64,000 nucleotides of DNA, taken from the NCBI GenBank assembly GCA_963524395.1, contig CAURGM010000001.1, positions 26,013-90,012 of the forward strand, in the 5' to 3' direction. Positions 37,186 through 47,987 of the stretch are shown in pieces (the first letter of the stretch is position 1; each line of letters begins with the position of its first letter). Position numbers and translations under genes: made by a program. The notes under the pieces are model-generated. The model ran no database searches and was not told the origin of the DNA. It saw only the letters and a program-made list of their open reading frames with translations. The DNA comes from an uncultured Campylobacter sp. (lineage in GTDB: Bacteria > Campylobacterota > Campylobacteria > Campylobacterales > Campylobacteraceae).

Positions 37186-38934
37186 CTATTTGCCGAGGCA
37201 AAAATTGCTAAACATTTCGTCTAGAATTTCGTCTCGCTCAAATGGACGCGAAATACGTGCAATCGCCTCAATAGCGCGATTTATCTCAAATGCAAAAAGC
37301 TCAAGCTCGCCGCAAGCCAGGCACTCGCTCGCGTTTTTAAGAGCTGCGAGCGCGCTCTCGCAAGATAGAATTTGCCGCTCGTTGCTTAGCATAAGGCCAT
37401 CGAAATTTTGAGAATTTAAGTAGCTCTCAAGCGCGGTTAAAATTTTATCCACGCCCTCATTTGCAGAAATTTCAAGCGGCGCAAAAATGGAATTTGCTTG
37501 GGTATTTTGCCTAACGGAATTTATTGCAAAGCTACTAGGCGCGATGGAATTTGCAGAATTTTGTTTGGAATCATCTTGAGTAAAATTCTCCGCAGCACAG
37601 CTTGCAGTAGTGCGCTCGGTATTTGGCGACGCTAGCCCGGCTTTTGCAGCGGAATTCTGTTCCATCAGATTTATGGAATTCGCAAGGGCTATTTGGCTTG
37701 TAGGCGCGTAATTTGTGGAAGTAGAATTTTGCGCGCTTAAGTCACGCTTTAAATTTTTAGCTTTTAAATTCTGCGCGCAGGAATTTAAAAAAACATCGCA
37801 GGTCCGACTTTGCTTTAAATTTTCGGCTGTGAAATTCTCTGATATGGGATTTTCGGCTGCGAAATTTTTTTCAGAAAAAGCCTCTAAATCCTCGCCAAGA
37901 TCCTCCGCGCTAGGATGAAATTTACGCGACAAGTCACATTTATTTAAAACGTAGATGATTTTTTTGTCTTTTTGTTCGCGCAATATTTTTAGGATCTGCG
38001 CGTCCTCGGCGTCCCATTCGCGACTTGCGTCAAACACCGCCAAAATCACGTCTGCCTCGCTTGCAGCGCGAAGAGAATATGAAATGCCGATACTTTCGAG
38101 CTTTGAGCCGCCGTGTCTGATACCTGCAGTATCGACTATACGGATTAGATGAGTGCCTATCTGCAGGCTTTCTTCGATGAGATCGCGCGTAGTGCCCGCT
38201 TCGTCGCTCACGATAGCGCGACTAAAGCTCAGCATAGAGTTCAAAATGCTTGATTTACCGACATTGGGCTTACCCACAATCGCTACTTTAAAGCCCTCGA
38301 TCAGTCCCTTGCGGCTGCGGCTGATGCGAGTGATTTTTTCTAGCGAAGCGATATTTTGGCTAAGCATTTCTTGCGAGTTTTGCAGCACATCTGCGGGCAG
38401 ATCATCCTCCGCGTAATCGATGCAAACCTCGACGAAGGCCAACGTCTTAACCAGAGCTGCGCGCAGATTTGCGACGAAGTCTGCCAGCTCACCCCGCAGG
38501 CTGCGCGATAAAATTTTAGCCGCACTTTGTGAGCGAGAATTTATAAGATCGCTTATGGCTTCGGCTTTACTAAGATCCATTTTACCGTTTAAAAACGCTC
38601 GCTTACTAAACTCGCCCGGATTTGCTATGCGCGCACCCAGAGCCAGCACGGCATCTAACGCCAAGGATGAAGCCGTAAAGCCGCCGTGGGTCTGCACTTC
38701 TACGACATCCTCACCGGTAAAGCTATGCGGAGCTTTAAAATATATCAAAATCGCCTCGCCAAACGCTTCGCCGCTCGTATCAAAAAGATTCACAAGCGTG
38801 GCATAGCGAGGGCACAAAGAGCTGCGATGTGAAAGGCTTAGAGCGATAGATAGCGCTTCCTCGCCTGAAATTCTAACTATGCAAATTCCACCGATGCCGT
38901 GAGCCGTAGCGATAGCGGCGATAGTCTCGCTCAC
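37186..38934 (-). CDS. mnmE: tRNA modification GTPase MnmE with a ~140-aa insertion after the G4 motif
   Basis: GKPNVGKSS (G1), DTAGIR (G3), NKCDL (G4) and the C-terminal FCLGK tetrapeptide motif. 582 aa versus roughly 440-460 typical. Confidence 0.85.
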   Translation of the reverse strand: MSETIAAIATAHGIGGICIVRISGEEALSIALSLSHRSSLCPRYATLVNLFDTSGEAFGEAILIYFKAPHSFTGEDVVEVQTHGGFTASSLALDAVLALGARIANPGEFSKRAFLNGKMDLSKAEAISDLINSRSQSAAKILSRSLRGELADFVANLRAALVKTLAFVEVCIDYAEDDLPADVLQNSQEMLSQNIASLEKITRISRSRKGLIEGFKVAIVGKPNVGKSSILNSMLSFSRAIVSDEAGTTRDLIEESLQIGTHLIRIVDTAGIRHGGSKLESIGISYSLRAASEADVILAVFDASREWDAEDAQILKILREQKDKKIIYVLNKCDLSRKFHPSAEDLGEDLEAFSEKNFAAENPISENFTAENLKQSRTCDVFLNSCAQNLKAKNLKRDLSAQNSTSTNYAPTSQIALANSINLMEQNSAAKAGLASPNTERTTASCAAENFTQDDSKQNSANSIAPSSFAINSVRQNTQANSIFAPLEISANEGVDKILTALESYLNSQNFDGLMLSNERQILSCESALAALKNASECLACGELELFAFEINRAIEAIARISRPFERDEILDEMFSNFCLGK

Positions 38935-38936
38935 GA

Positions 38937-39692
38937 TTAGCTTTTTTCGTCTACGATGACGATTTTGCCGCTACGCGTGGATTTAATGCCCACGAAACGA
39001 TCTGGGTACGCCCGCTTTAGTTTATCGGCTACGATTTTGATAAATGCGCCGTCAAAAGCTTTCGTGACAATACGCTCATTTCCGGAGCGCTCTACGAGTG
39101 CATTTACATAAGAATCGATAAATCGTTCTTGATTTTGTAAAAATTCCGCGATTTCAAAAACCACAGCAAGATCATATCTGATGCTGATCCAGTTGTAAAT
39201 CATATACGAAAGCGCCTTGTAGCGGTGTCCTTCTTTGCCGATAAGCAGCGCGCTATCCTCGCCTTGCAGCTTGATATAGACGGTATTTTCGTCGATTTTG
39301 CTAACATCGCTAACTTCGATATTAAACTCACTTGATCTGAAAAGTGCAGATAGCTTCTCTTTGATATCGAATAGAATTTCATCCGTCACAGCGCCCTTTT
39401 GCTTTTCTTTGCGATGTTTAGAATGCGTGGTGCGCGGACTTTGAGACTCTGATTTGTCGCCCTGCTTTTTCTCTGCTTTGCCGGCTTTATTTTGCGGGGC
39501 GCTAAATTCCAGATTTTCGCTAAATTTTTCCCCTTCGAGAACCGCTTCTATAATGGCATTTTTTTTAAAAAAGCCCAAAAATCCACTGCTTGGATGCTGC
39601 AGCACGCGCACATTAAGTTGCGTTACCGAGCATCCTAGCTCAGCTGCTGCTTTATTATATGCGTCTTTTAAATTTTCTGCTTCAATTATCAT
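38937..39692 (-). CDS. jag: Jag/KhpB RNA-binding protein (Jag_N + KH + R3H)
   Basis: Position downstream of yid[15 protein letters not shown] (KH-like) and a C-terminal R3H-like segment. Confidence 0.7.
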   Translation of the reverse strand: MIIEAENLKDAYNKAAAELGCSVTQLNVRVLQHPSSGFLGFFKKNAIIEAVLEGEKFSENLEFSAPQNKAGKAEKKQGDKSESQSPRTTHSKHRKEKQKGAVTDEILFDIKEKLSALFRSSEFNIEVSDVSKIDENTVYIKLQGEDSALLIGKEGHRYKALSYMIYNWISIRYDLAVVFEIAEFLQNQERFIDSYVNALVERSGNERIVTKAFDGAFIKIVADKLKRAYPDRFVGIKSTRSGKIVIVDEKS

Positions 39693-41332
39693 GATTTTTT
39701 CTCCGCTATTTGAGCTTGTTTATGCCTAGCAAAGGCTTTATTAATGACGTATTGCTGGATAATGGAGCAGAAATTATTTACCGTCCAGTATAACGTAAGA
39801 CCCGCCGGGAACATTACGAAAAATACCGTAAAAATGAGCGGCAAGAATTTCATCATCTTCTCTTGCATCGGATCGGTAAACGTAGTCGGCGTAATCTTTT
39901 GCTGTAAAAACATCAAAATTCCCATCGTAATCGGCAGGATGTAATATGGATCTTTAAGCGACAGATCGTGGATCCACAGCGCCCACTCCGCGCCCTTTAG
40001 CTCGATCGCATTAAGTAGCACGCGGTAGATCGCGAAAAATACCGGTATCTGAAGCAGTATTGGCAAGCAGCCGCCCATCGGATTGGCACCGTTTTTCTTA
40101 TACAGATCCATCATATGCATCTGCAGCTTTTGCTTATCGTCCTTATATTTTTCCTGAAGCTCCTTCATCTTAGGCGCCAGATCTTTTAGCTTATTCATCG
40201 ATAGCATTCCCTTGTAACTTAGCGGGAATAAGATTAGGCGGATGATGAGCGTAAGCACTACGATCGACCAACCCCAGTTACCGATATAGCCGTGCAACCA
40301 GTTTAGAAATTTAAACATCGGGCGGGCGATGAAGGTAAACCAGCCGTATTCGATAATGTGCGTAAGAGCAGGATTTATCGAGCTTAGCGTCGCGTGATCT
40401 TTCGCGCCGATATAGCCTGTAAGACTAAGATCGCCGTCCGAGCTTATGAAAACCTGCGAAATTTTATCTGCGTCAGTCACGGTCACATTCAAGCTTTCTC
40501 CGTAAAATAGCGTCGTATAATAACGATCCGAGCTCGCAGCAATATTTGCGCCACTTATTCGCTCGTTTTTATCCACGTCGCCATCTTTAAAAATTTCTAC
40601 GCTTTCGTTTATAGCCTGCGAGCCCGTAAAAAATGAAGCGATTTTATCTGAAATTCCAGCGTCGCCCGGTTTTCCTACGATGACGCCGTGAACCGTATAG
40701 CTATCTACTTCTACGTTCGGACGCGAGCCGGGGCTGATGAAATAACGCGCATTGCCACTTAACTTCAGATCCAATTTATAACTACCATTTGGATAAAAAG
40801 TAAGAATTTTATTTATGCTAACGGCGCCTAAACTTTGACTTAATGTAACACTAGCCTCTCCATTTCGTGCGTCAAGCTCATTAGATGAAGCGCTGTAAGG
40901 AGTATCGAAAGCCATTGCATTCAACGCCGCGTCCTCGAAGCGCATCTCAAGCGGTTTAGAATGTGATTTAGGATCAATTAAATTTATCGCATCGCCGTTT
41001 TCGTCACGGAATTTAGCATCGTTTAGCACATACGAGCTTATGCGACCGAGCCCGTCGATCGTGAAATTTGCTTCTTTGCCAACCACGCGCACTAACGGTG
41101 CGGAGATGGAATTTGAGGTATTTAAATTCGCTCCTTGCGCGCTCACGCCAGCGGCGGTAGTTTGCGGAGCGGACTTGGCGGCATTTTTTTGCGCGATTTG
41201 CGCTGCGGTTGCGTTTGCCTCCATAGCGGCGCGAATTTTTGATAAATAAAAATGATCGTAAGCTACGAAAAATATGAGCGCAGTTGCTATTGCGATAGCA
41301 AGGCGCTTTGATTGAGGAAGTTTATCTAGCAC
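39689..41332 (-). CDS. yidC: Membrane protein insertase YidC
   Basis: [38 protein letters not shown]-like and LYWTVNN motifs. 547 aa. Confidence 0.9.
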   Translation of the reverse strand: [547 protein letters not shown]

Positions 41333-41669
41333 TATTTTCTCCTAGTCGTATGACGTAATATCTATTTTTTTTATATGGTATGAACCAAAGCTTAAATTTA
41401 TCCGCAGAGGCATTGCTGCTGCGGATTTTAGAAAATACGCAAAATTTGAAATTTCGCGCGATTATCGGATAATCTATACCACCGCTAAAGAGCGGATTGC
41501 ATCTTAAAATTCTAGCCGTTACAGCGCAGAGCGCGCCAAAGACGCCGTTAAACTTAAACTCATAAAGCGCGTATTCCGAACAGCTTGGATAATAACGGCA
41601 ACAGCGCGGTAGCAAAGGCGAAATAAATTTTCGATAAAACCCGATCACGGCTATAAAAAATCTCTTCAT
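41322..41669 (-). CDS. yidD: Membrane protein insertion efficiency factor YidD
   Basis: FYRKFISPLLPRCCRYYPSCSEYA signature. Confidence 0.85.
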   Translation of the reverse strand: MKRFFIAVIGFYRKFISPLLPRCCRYYPSCSEYALYEFKFNGVFGALCAVTARILRCNPLFSGGIDYPIIARNFKFCVFSKIRSSNASADKFKLWFIPYKKNRYYVIRLGENSAR

Positions 41670-42001
41670 TTTACTGCGCCGATCTTTTTAAACGCCCATT
41701 TTAAATTTCGCTCAATGTCTTCAAAGCTCATATCTATGATCTGCTTTTTTGCGATTAATATAAAAATTCCGCTAACAATGGCGTCTTTTTGATTATAAAA
41801 CGCTGCGCGCAAACGCCTTTTAGCGTAATTTCGCGTAACTGAATTGCCTATTTTTTTACTGGCGACTGCGCTAAATTTACGCTCTTCGCTAGCTAAAAAA
41901 TACACGACAGCGCATTCGCAATGCCACTTCGCCGCACTTTTATAAACCTCCGAAAAAACGCTGCTATCGCTTATTGCAGCAAATTCGCCTACGCAGCCAA
42001 T
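41666..42001 (-). CDS. rnpA: RNase P protein component; 5' end uncertain (no ATG/GTG/TTG before the conserved N-terminal region)
   Basis: [18 protein letters not shown] is the RNR motif. Conserved upstream in-frame [14 protein letters not shown] lies 5' of the only canonical start (GTG, codon 41903-41905). Confidence 0.7.
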   Translation of the reverse strand: MGCVGEFAAISDSSVFSEVYKSAAKWHCECAVVYFLASEERKFSAVASKKIGNSVTRNYAKRRLRAAFYNQKDAIVSGIFILIAKKQIIDMSFEDIERNLKWAFKKIGAVK

Positions 42002-42123
42002 CTTCTTCTGCCTTTAGCGCGTCTTGCACTTAAAACTCTGCGGCCGTTTTTTGTTTTCATGCGGACGCGAAAGCCGTGAGTGCGCTTTTTAGGGGTATTG
42101 TGGGGTTGGTACGTTCTTTTCAT
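41989..42123 (-). CDS. rpmH: 50S ribosomal protein L34
   Basis: Manual translation gives [44 protein letters not shown] (44 aa). Not in the ORF track because it is under 60 aa. Confidence 0.95.
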   Translation of the reverse strand: MKRTYQPHNTPKKRTHGFRVRMKTKNGRRVLSARRAKGRRRLAA

Positions 42124-42198
42124 AACTGTTCCTTTAAGAAAATGTAAAGCGGAGATTTTATAGAAACTTTACTTAAAAACCGATAAACAAAAGCAGCC

Positions 42199-42552
42199 CT
42201 AGCGCCGATAAGCGTCGCCTTGCAGCTTTTTACAGCGCAGTTTTAAGTCCTGTTCATTTTTATTGTTTCGCTCCTTGATGTCTTGCATCGGCTGCTTTTT
42301 CATCGAAAAATCATCGTGGTCGCCTGCGCCTTTTGATTCACGTTGCAAATTATTTTGCAGGCTTTGCCTATCTAGTTCATTTTTTTGACGATTTAGCAGA
42401 ATTTCACTATGATTTTTCTCAAATTCTGATTGTTTATCGTTCGCAACGTAAGCGCTGGCGCTAAGGCTTACTGCACCATCTTGCGCACTTAGTACCATAG
42501 AATCAGCAAATATCGCGCCGCAAAGCAGCCAAAGTATCAAAGCCTTTTTCAT
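42199..42552 (-). CDS. Small secreted charged protein, hypothetical
   Basis: Signal peptide MKKALILWLLCGAIFA. ATGA overlap with the upstream outer-membrane factor gene. Confidence 0.5.
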   Translation of the reverse strand: MKKALILWLLCGAIFADSMVLSAQDGAVSLSASAYVANDKQSEFEKNHSEILLNRQKNELDRQSLQNNLQRESKGAGDHDDFSMKKQPMQDIKERNNKNEQDLKLRCKKLQGDAYRR

Positions 42553-43907
42553 TTGCGTTTAAATTTGCCTGCCATCGCGCGATAGATCGCTGCCTCATTT
42601 TGTAGCGTCAAATATCTTTGATTTAGCTCGTTTATCTTAGCGTTTACGGCGTCGGTGCGGGCTTCTAGCATATCCTTTAGCTCGCTTGAACCTGCTTCGT
42701 ATTTCGCGGCGTAAAGATCGGCAATACGCGCCTTTTCGTCATAAGCGGCACTTAAATTTTTAAGGCTAGCCAGATTGATCTGATAAATTCTATATAAATT
42801 TAGCACCTCATTCGTAGCGTTAGAGAGCGTCTTTTCGTAATTTACGACGTTTTTGCGAAAAGCGATCTCCGAAATTTTAAGGCGGTTTTCAACCCTCGCA
42901 TAATCCAAAAACGGCAGACTTATGCTTACGTTGCCGCTTAAAAAATTTAGCTTGAAGCTATCGTTAGCGCTCACGCCTTGCCCGTTAGTAAGCCCTGCGC
43001 CTAAATTTACGCTAGGAAAGAAATTTAACTTAGCGGTCTGTTCGTCGTAAAAGCTGGAATTTAGCCTAGCGATCGCAGCTCTAATGTCGGGGCGATTAGC
43101 AAGCGCCGTGTAAGGCACATTTAGATCAACGCCTTGGAATTCTATGGAATTTATCGAATCGGTGTTATCATCAAATTGCAAGCTGGAGGAGATAAGATTT
43201 CTCATATATTTATGATTATCCTCGATATTTTTTTGAATGCTTAAGACCTTGTTTTCAAGTCCTAGAATAGAATTTTGAATCTGCCTGTAATCAAGCTGCT
43301 CGGACTTGCCGTAATCATATTTTGCCTTGATTATTTTTTCGATCTCGCGGTAATCGCTTAAATTCTGTTTTGTCCATTTTAGCGAATCGTTTAAATAAAG
43401 CATCTCGAAGTAGCCGCTTACGACAGAATTTATAAGAGTCAGGCGAGTATTTTCAAGGTCAAACTCACTAGCTTTGGCGTTCCAGCCCTCGGCATTTACC
43501 GCCGAGCGGATCTTGCCGAAAAGATCAAGCTCATAGCTTACGTTAAAACCAGAGCTATAGGTTTTGTTCCAGTTCGAGCCGGTGCTTATGTCGCGATTAG
43601 CGCCCGCACTCCACGAGCTACTTAGCGTAGGAAAAAGATCAGCCCTACTTAGCCCTAAATTTGCATAAGCACTCTCAACATTTAAAGCCGCTGTTTTTAG
43701 ATCGTAGTTATTCGCAAGGGCTTGATCTACAAGCTTATTTAAGTATGATTCGCCATATTTTTTATACCACAGCGTATCTATTTCATAGCTTGCATTTTCG
43801 TCCTTGAAATGCTCTACAGGCTTAAATTCGACCTCACTTTGATTTGAGGCACAACCGCCGATAAAAACAGCTAAAACGCCGCTTAAAATTACTTTAGAAT
43901 TTATCAT
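42549..43907 (-). CDS. Outer membrane efflux protein (TolC/NodT-family lipoprotein)
   Basis: Lipobox FIGGCAS. Two OEP repeats. Position downstream of macAB. Confidence 0.8.
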   Translation of the reverse strand: MINSKVILSGVLAVFIGGCASNQSEVEFKPVEHFKDENASYEIDTLWYKKYGESYLNKLVDQALANNYDLKTAALNVESAYANLGLSRADLFPTLSSSWSAGANRDISTGSNWNKTYSSGFNVSYELDLFGKIRSAVNAEGWNAKASEFDLENTRLTLINSVVSGYFEMLYLNDSLKWTKQNLSDYREIEKIIKAKYDYGKSEQLDYRQIQNSILGLENKVLSIQKNIEDNHKYMRNLISSSLQFDDNTDSINSIEFQGVDLNVPYTALANRPDIRAAIARLNSSFYDEQTAKLNFFPSVNLGAGLTNGQGVSANDSFKLNFLSGNVSISLPFLDYARVENRLKISEIAFRKNVVNYEKTLSNATNEVLNLYRIYQINLASLKNLSAAYDEKARIADLYAAKYEAGSSELKDMLEARTDAVNAKINELNQRYLTLQNEAAIYRAMAGKFKRK

Positions 43908-43920
43908 TTTCTCTCCTTGA

Positions 43921-45849
43921 TTATTCTTGTGCTAAAGCATCTATCGGATTTAATCTGCTGGCGTTTCTTGCCGGCAGATAGCCAAAAACTATACCGATCG
44001 CGGATGACGCCGCAAAGGCGATCACGAAAGGCGCCGTAGTAAATTTCATCGCAAAATCCGGGCTTATGGTATTAAATGCAAATCCAAGCGCCAAAGCGAT
44101 TAAAATTCCTAAAGCTCCGCCCAGCGAGCAAAGCAAGATCGCCTCTATCAAAAACTGCTGCAAGATATTGGATTGCTTCGCGCCGATCGCCATTCTGATG
44201 CCGATTTCGCGCGTGCGCTCGGTAACGCTTACGAGCATGATATTCATCACGCCGATGCCACCGACGACGAGCGAGATCACCGCGATCGATGAGATCAAAA
44301 TCGTCATCGTGCCGGTAGTGCTTTGTATTGTTTGTTTGATAGTATCTGCGTTCATCGTATGAAAATCCCGCGAGCCGTGTCTTTGGATAAGTAGCTGAGT
44401 TAGGCTCTCTTCAGCCACTTGAGTATTGACATCGTCTTTGATTTTGATGGTGATAGAGCTGATTTTTCGATTGCCCGTGATTTTATTCATCACAGTTGAA
44501 TACGGCGCGTAAATTCTTAAATTTTCGTTGCTTCCGAAGGCGTTCTTGTCCTTGCCCGAAACCCCTATGATCTTAAGCGGCTTACCCGAAAATAAAATCG
44601 TCTTGCCGATCGGATCGGAATTTTTAAAAAATGTTTTTTTAGTGTTTGGATCGATAATCGCGACGGAGGCAGAATTTTTAATATCATCGTCGCTAAAATT
44701 TCTACCATCTTCTATATCTATGCCATTAACCGCCAAAGAATTCACGCCGCCGCCGCGCAGTTGAGCCTTGGAGCTTAAATTCGCATAGGTTGCCGTACCG
44801 CTTGCAGAAGCATTTGGTGTAGCGTAATCGACGTAGGGCTGGCGCGCCAAAACTTTAGAATCGCTTATCGTAAGGGTGCTCACAAAGCCCGCTCGCACAT
44901 CGCCGAAATTTTTACCGGGAAAGATATCGATCGTATTGGTGCCAATTTTACGGATCTCGGATAAAATTTTCTCCTCCGAACCCTTACCTAGGGCAACGAC
45001 GCAGATGACGGAGGCAATACCGATGATGATGCCTAGCATCGTCAAAATCGATCTTAGTTTATGCGAAAATATCGCGCTAATGGACATTTTAAAGCTCTCG
45101 ATGAGCTGATCTTTGCGCAGTATGAAAGAATTTTTCGTTTTGATCTGCTCTTTTTTGCGCTCGAAAACCCGTTCCGTCTTTCTTTTATCACTTAAAATTC
45201 TGCCGTCTTTGATCTCGATGATACGATCCGCAAATTCCGCAATATGCGCATCGTGCGTAACGATAATGATGGTATGTCCCTCTTTGTGCAGTGCTGTTAA
45301 AATTTGCATCACCGTCTCGCCGCTTTTGCTATCAAGCGCGCCGGTAGGTTCGTCTGCCAAAATCACTTCGCCGCCGTTTATCAGAGCGCGGGCGATGCTT
45401 ACGCGCTGCTGCTGCCCGCCGCTAAGTTTGCTCGGTAAATTTTTAATGCGATCGCCAAGCTCCAGCTTATTTAAAAGCTCCACAGCTCTTTTCGTCCGTT
45501 CGCTCGCCCCTACGCCCGCATACACCGCAGGTAGCGAGACGTTTGCGGTCGCGTCCATCGTAGCGATGAGATTATATTTTTGAAAGACAAAGCCGAATTT
45601 TTTGCTTCTAAGCGCCGCAAGCTCGTCGCCGCTTAAATTCGCGGTTTCTCGACCCTTGATCTTGTAGCTTCCGCTACTTGGCGTATCGATGCAGCCGATT
45701 ATATTCATCAGCGTGGATTTTCCGCTTCCTGATTGTCCGATTATCGATATAAACTCGCCCGCCTCGATATTTAAGCTTACGTCCTTTAGTACGTGGATTT
45801 CGTTATCGCCGACAATGAATTTTTTGTTTATATCTTTAAGCTCTAGCAT
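43921..45849 (-). CDS. macB: MacB-type ABC transporter (ATPase fused to FtsX-like permease)
   Basis: GQSGSGKST (Walker A), LSGGQQQRV and ILADEPTGALD motifs, with a C-terminal 4-TM FtsX domain. Start set at MLELKDINKKF. Confidence 0.85.
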   Translation of the reverse strand: MLELKDINKKFIVGDNEIHVLKDVSLNIEAGEFISIIGQSGSGKSTLMNIIGCIDTPSSGSYKIKGRETANLSGDELAALRSKKFGFVFQKYNLIATMDATANVSLPAVYAGVGASERTKRAVELLNKLELGDRIKNLPSKLSGGQQQRVSIARALINGGEVILADEPTGALDSKSGETVMQILTALHKEGHTIIIVTHDAHIAEFADRIIEIKDGRILSDKRKTERVFERKKEQIKTKNSFILRKDQLIESFKMSISAIFSHKLRSILTMLGIIIGIASVICVVALGKGSEEKILSEIRKIGTNTIDIFPGKNFGDVRAGFVSTLTISDSKVLARQPYVDYATPNASASGTATYANLSSKAQLRGGGVNSLAVNGIDIEDGRNFSDDDIKNSASVAIIDPNTKKTFFKNSDPIGKTILFSGKPLKIIGVSGKDKNAFGSNENLRIYAPYSTVMNKITGNRKISSITIKIKDDVNTQVAEESLTQLLIQRHGSRDFHTMNADTIKQTIQSTTGTMTILISSIAVISLVVGGIGVMNIMLVSVTERTREIGIRMAIGAKQSNILQQFLIEAILLCSLGGALGILIALALGFAFNTISPDFAMKFTTAPFVIAFAASSAIGIVFGYLPARNASRLNPIDALAQE

Positions 45850-45868
45850 CTTCACACCATAAAATTCT

Positions 45869-47053
45869 CTAAAACACCATCGGAGGTCCATCCATATTTA
45901 ACGGCGCGGTTTTTCCGTCGGCGATAAGCACCTCATCTTTTTCATCAAGCCCGCTTAAAATTTCGGTATTCAGATCGTCGCTGACGCCGGTTTTTACGTA
46001 TCGCTGCTCGGGCTCTTTGCCGTTAAGCACAGTGACGTAATCGCCTCCCCCGTCGCGCTTAATGACGGAGGTAGGCAAGTAGCTCGTATTGTTCGCTTCG
46101 CTTACGATTATGTTGTTTTCGGTCGTCATTCCGATCTTTAAAAAATCGTTTTCATTGTCCACTAGCATCTTTGCGTAAAAATAGATCGCACTGTCGCTGC
46201 TGCTCGAAGAATAGGACGAACCGCTAGAGGTTTTATCGTAAGTCCCGTCGCTAAGCGTGGTAAGACCCGGATCGATCTTGTAAATTTTAGCCTTTTTGAT
46301 ATTATCCAGATCCGATAGTATGGAGTATTCTACGTCCATTCCAACCTTTACTTTGGATATATCGCCCTCTGCGATCTGCATCTTGATCTCCATCTTGCTT
46401 AGATCGGCGATCTTTACGATCGTAGGCGTAGTTTGGTTGGAATTTACCGTCTTACCCTCCTCTACCGGCATGGAAACGATCGTGCCGCTTATCAGAGCTG
46501 TGATTTTGGTGTAGCCGAAATTCGTCTCCGCAGTGCTTAGCTGAAGTTTCGTCTGCTCGATCTGCGCCTCGATCTGCTTCTGCTCGGCCTCTTTTAAAGC
46601 GGCGCTATTTTTGGCATTTTCTACCGCCTCTTTGGAAGCGGCGTTTCTTTTATACAGCTGTAGTTCGCGGTTATACTGCGTTTTAGCGTTTTCTGCGGCG
46701 ATCTTTGCCGAAGCTAAATTTGCCTCATGGATCAGGAGCTGCGCCTTTTGCTGCGCGATCTCGTTTTCTTGAGTGACCGAGTCAATCTGCGCGATCATAT
46801 CGCCTTTTTGAACCTTATCGCCCACTTTGACGTAGAGCTTTTTGATCTGTCCGCTTACCTGCGCACCCACATCGACCAAATCCCTGGCATAAACCTCTCC
46901 TGCAGCCGTCACCGTGCCTCTAATACTGCCCTTCTCAAGCCTTGTGGTAAGGGCCTTCGGCGCCTCTTCTTGCTTAAAAAATTTGCCGTATAAGAAATAT
47001 ATCGCAATGACTATGAGCAGGGTAAAGGCGATAAATTTCAAGATTTTTTTCAT
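45869..47053 (-). CDS. macA: Efflux periplasmic adaptor (HlyD/MacA family)
   Basis: N-terminal TM segment, lipoyl/coiled-coil/beta-barrel layout, upstream of macB. Confidence 0.8.
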   Translation of the reverse strand: MKKILKFIAFTLLIVIAIYFLYGKFFKQEEAPKALTTRLEKGSIRGTVTAAGEVYARDLVDVGAQVSGQIKKLYVKVGDKVQKGDMIAQIDSVTQENEIAQQKAQLLIHEANLASAKIAAENAKTQYNRELQLYKRNAASKEAVENAKNSAALKEAEQKQIEAQIEQTKLQLSTAETNFGYTKITALISGTIVSMPVEEGKTVNSNQTTPTIVKIADLSKMEIKMQIAEGDISKVKVGMDVEYSILSDLDNIKKAKIYKIDPGLTTLSDGTYDKTSSGSSYSSSSSDSAIYFYAKMLVDNENDFLKIGMTTENNIIVSEANNTSYLPTSVIKRDGGGDYVTVLNGKEPEQRYVKTGVSDDLNTEILSGLDEKDEVLIADGKTAPLNMDGPPMVF

Positions 47054-47117
47054 TTTGCCAACTTCAAATAAAATAAGGGCTAATTCTAATGTAAAAATAT
47101 AAAATTTTAGTTAAATA

Positions 47118-47987
47118 CTAAATTCTTTGCTCGCGCACGGCGTAAAATTTCATAATCTTTTTATGTAAAATTAGCGAAATGTAAATCAGCGCCGAGCCCG
47201 CAAGTAGGCGCGCCAGATCGGCGTCTTTTTGCCAAAACACTAAATTTACGACGATCGCTGCGGGGATGAGCGCGTTATTCATAATCGCAAGCACGCCGCT
47301 ATCGACTTCGCACGCGCCTTTATTCCACAAAAAATACCCTAAAGCGCTTGCGACAGTGCCCAGATACACGATCACCGCGCCCTGCGAGAAGCTAGGATTA
47401 AATTTAGAAAAATCCCCGAGCACGATCGCGGCAATCGCCGTAACCGCGGTAGCTCCGACGAAAAAATAGCCGAAAAGCTCCTTCTGCTCGCTAAAGCCGT
47501 GGCGCTCCAGCATAAATTTATACGCGCTCTGTCCGAGCCCGAAGCATAAATTTGCGCCTTGGACTAGCAAGAAGCCCGTCAAAAACTCAGAGTTTATCGC
47601 GCCGAATTTAATCACCAAAGCCCCCAGCACCGCGACAGCGACGCTGAAAAGATATAGCGCGCGAAATCTAAGTTTAAGCGCGTCGTAAAGCAGCGTCACG
47701 TAAAACGGAGTAAATATCGTAAAAAGCGCCACCTCATAGACCTTCAAATACGCAAAGCTGCGGTAGTAGAAGATATACATCACGCCGATCTGCACGGCGC
47801 CCACGGCGCAAATTTTAAGCGCCAGAGCGGGATTTACGCCGCGAAATTTCATAAACGGCAGAAAACAAATTAGCGCCAATGATACGCGAGAAAACGCCAA
47901 ATACGCGCTATCTATGCCGCGCAAAAACTCGCCTATCAGCGAGAAGCTAAAAGCCCAAATACAAGTAACCAAAATCAGTTTTTTCAA
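47118..47987 (-). CDS. EamA/DMT-family transporter
   Basis: 10-TM protein of 289 aa with two EamA-like halves. Confidence 0.7.
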   Translation of the reverse strand: MKKLILVTCIWAFSFSLIGEFLRGIDSAYLAFSRVSLALICFLPFMKFRGVNPALALKICAVGAVQIGVMYIFYYRSFAYLKVYEVALFTIFTPFYVTLLYDALKLRFRALYLFSVAVAVLGALVIKFGAINSEFLTGFLLVQGANLCFGLGQSAYKFMLERHGFSEQKELFGYFFVGATAVTAIAAIVLGDFSKFNPSFSQGAVIVYLGTVASALGYFLWNKGACEVDSGVLAIMNNALIPAAIVVNLVFWQKDADLARLLAGSALIYISLILHKKIMKFYAVREQRI

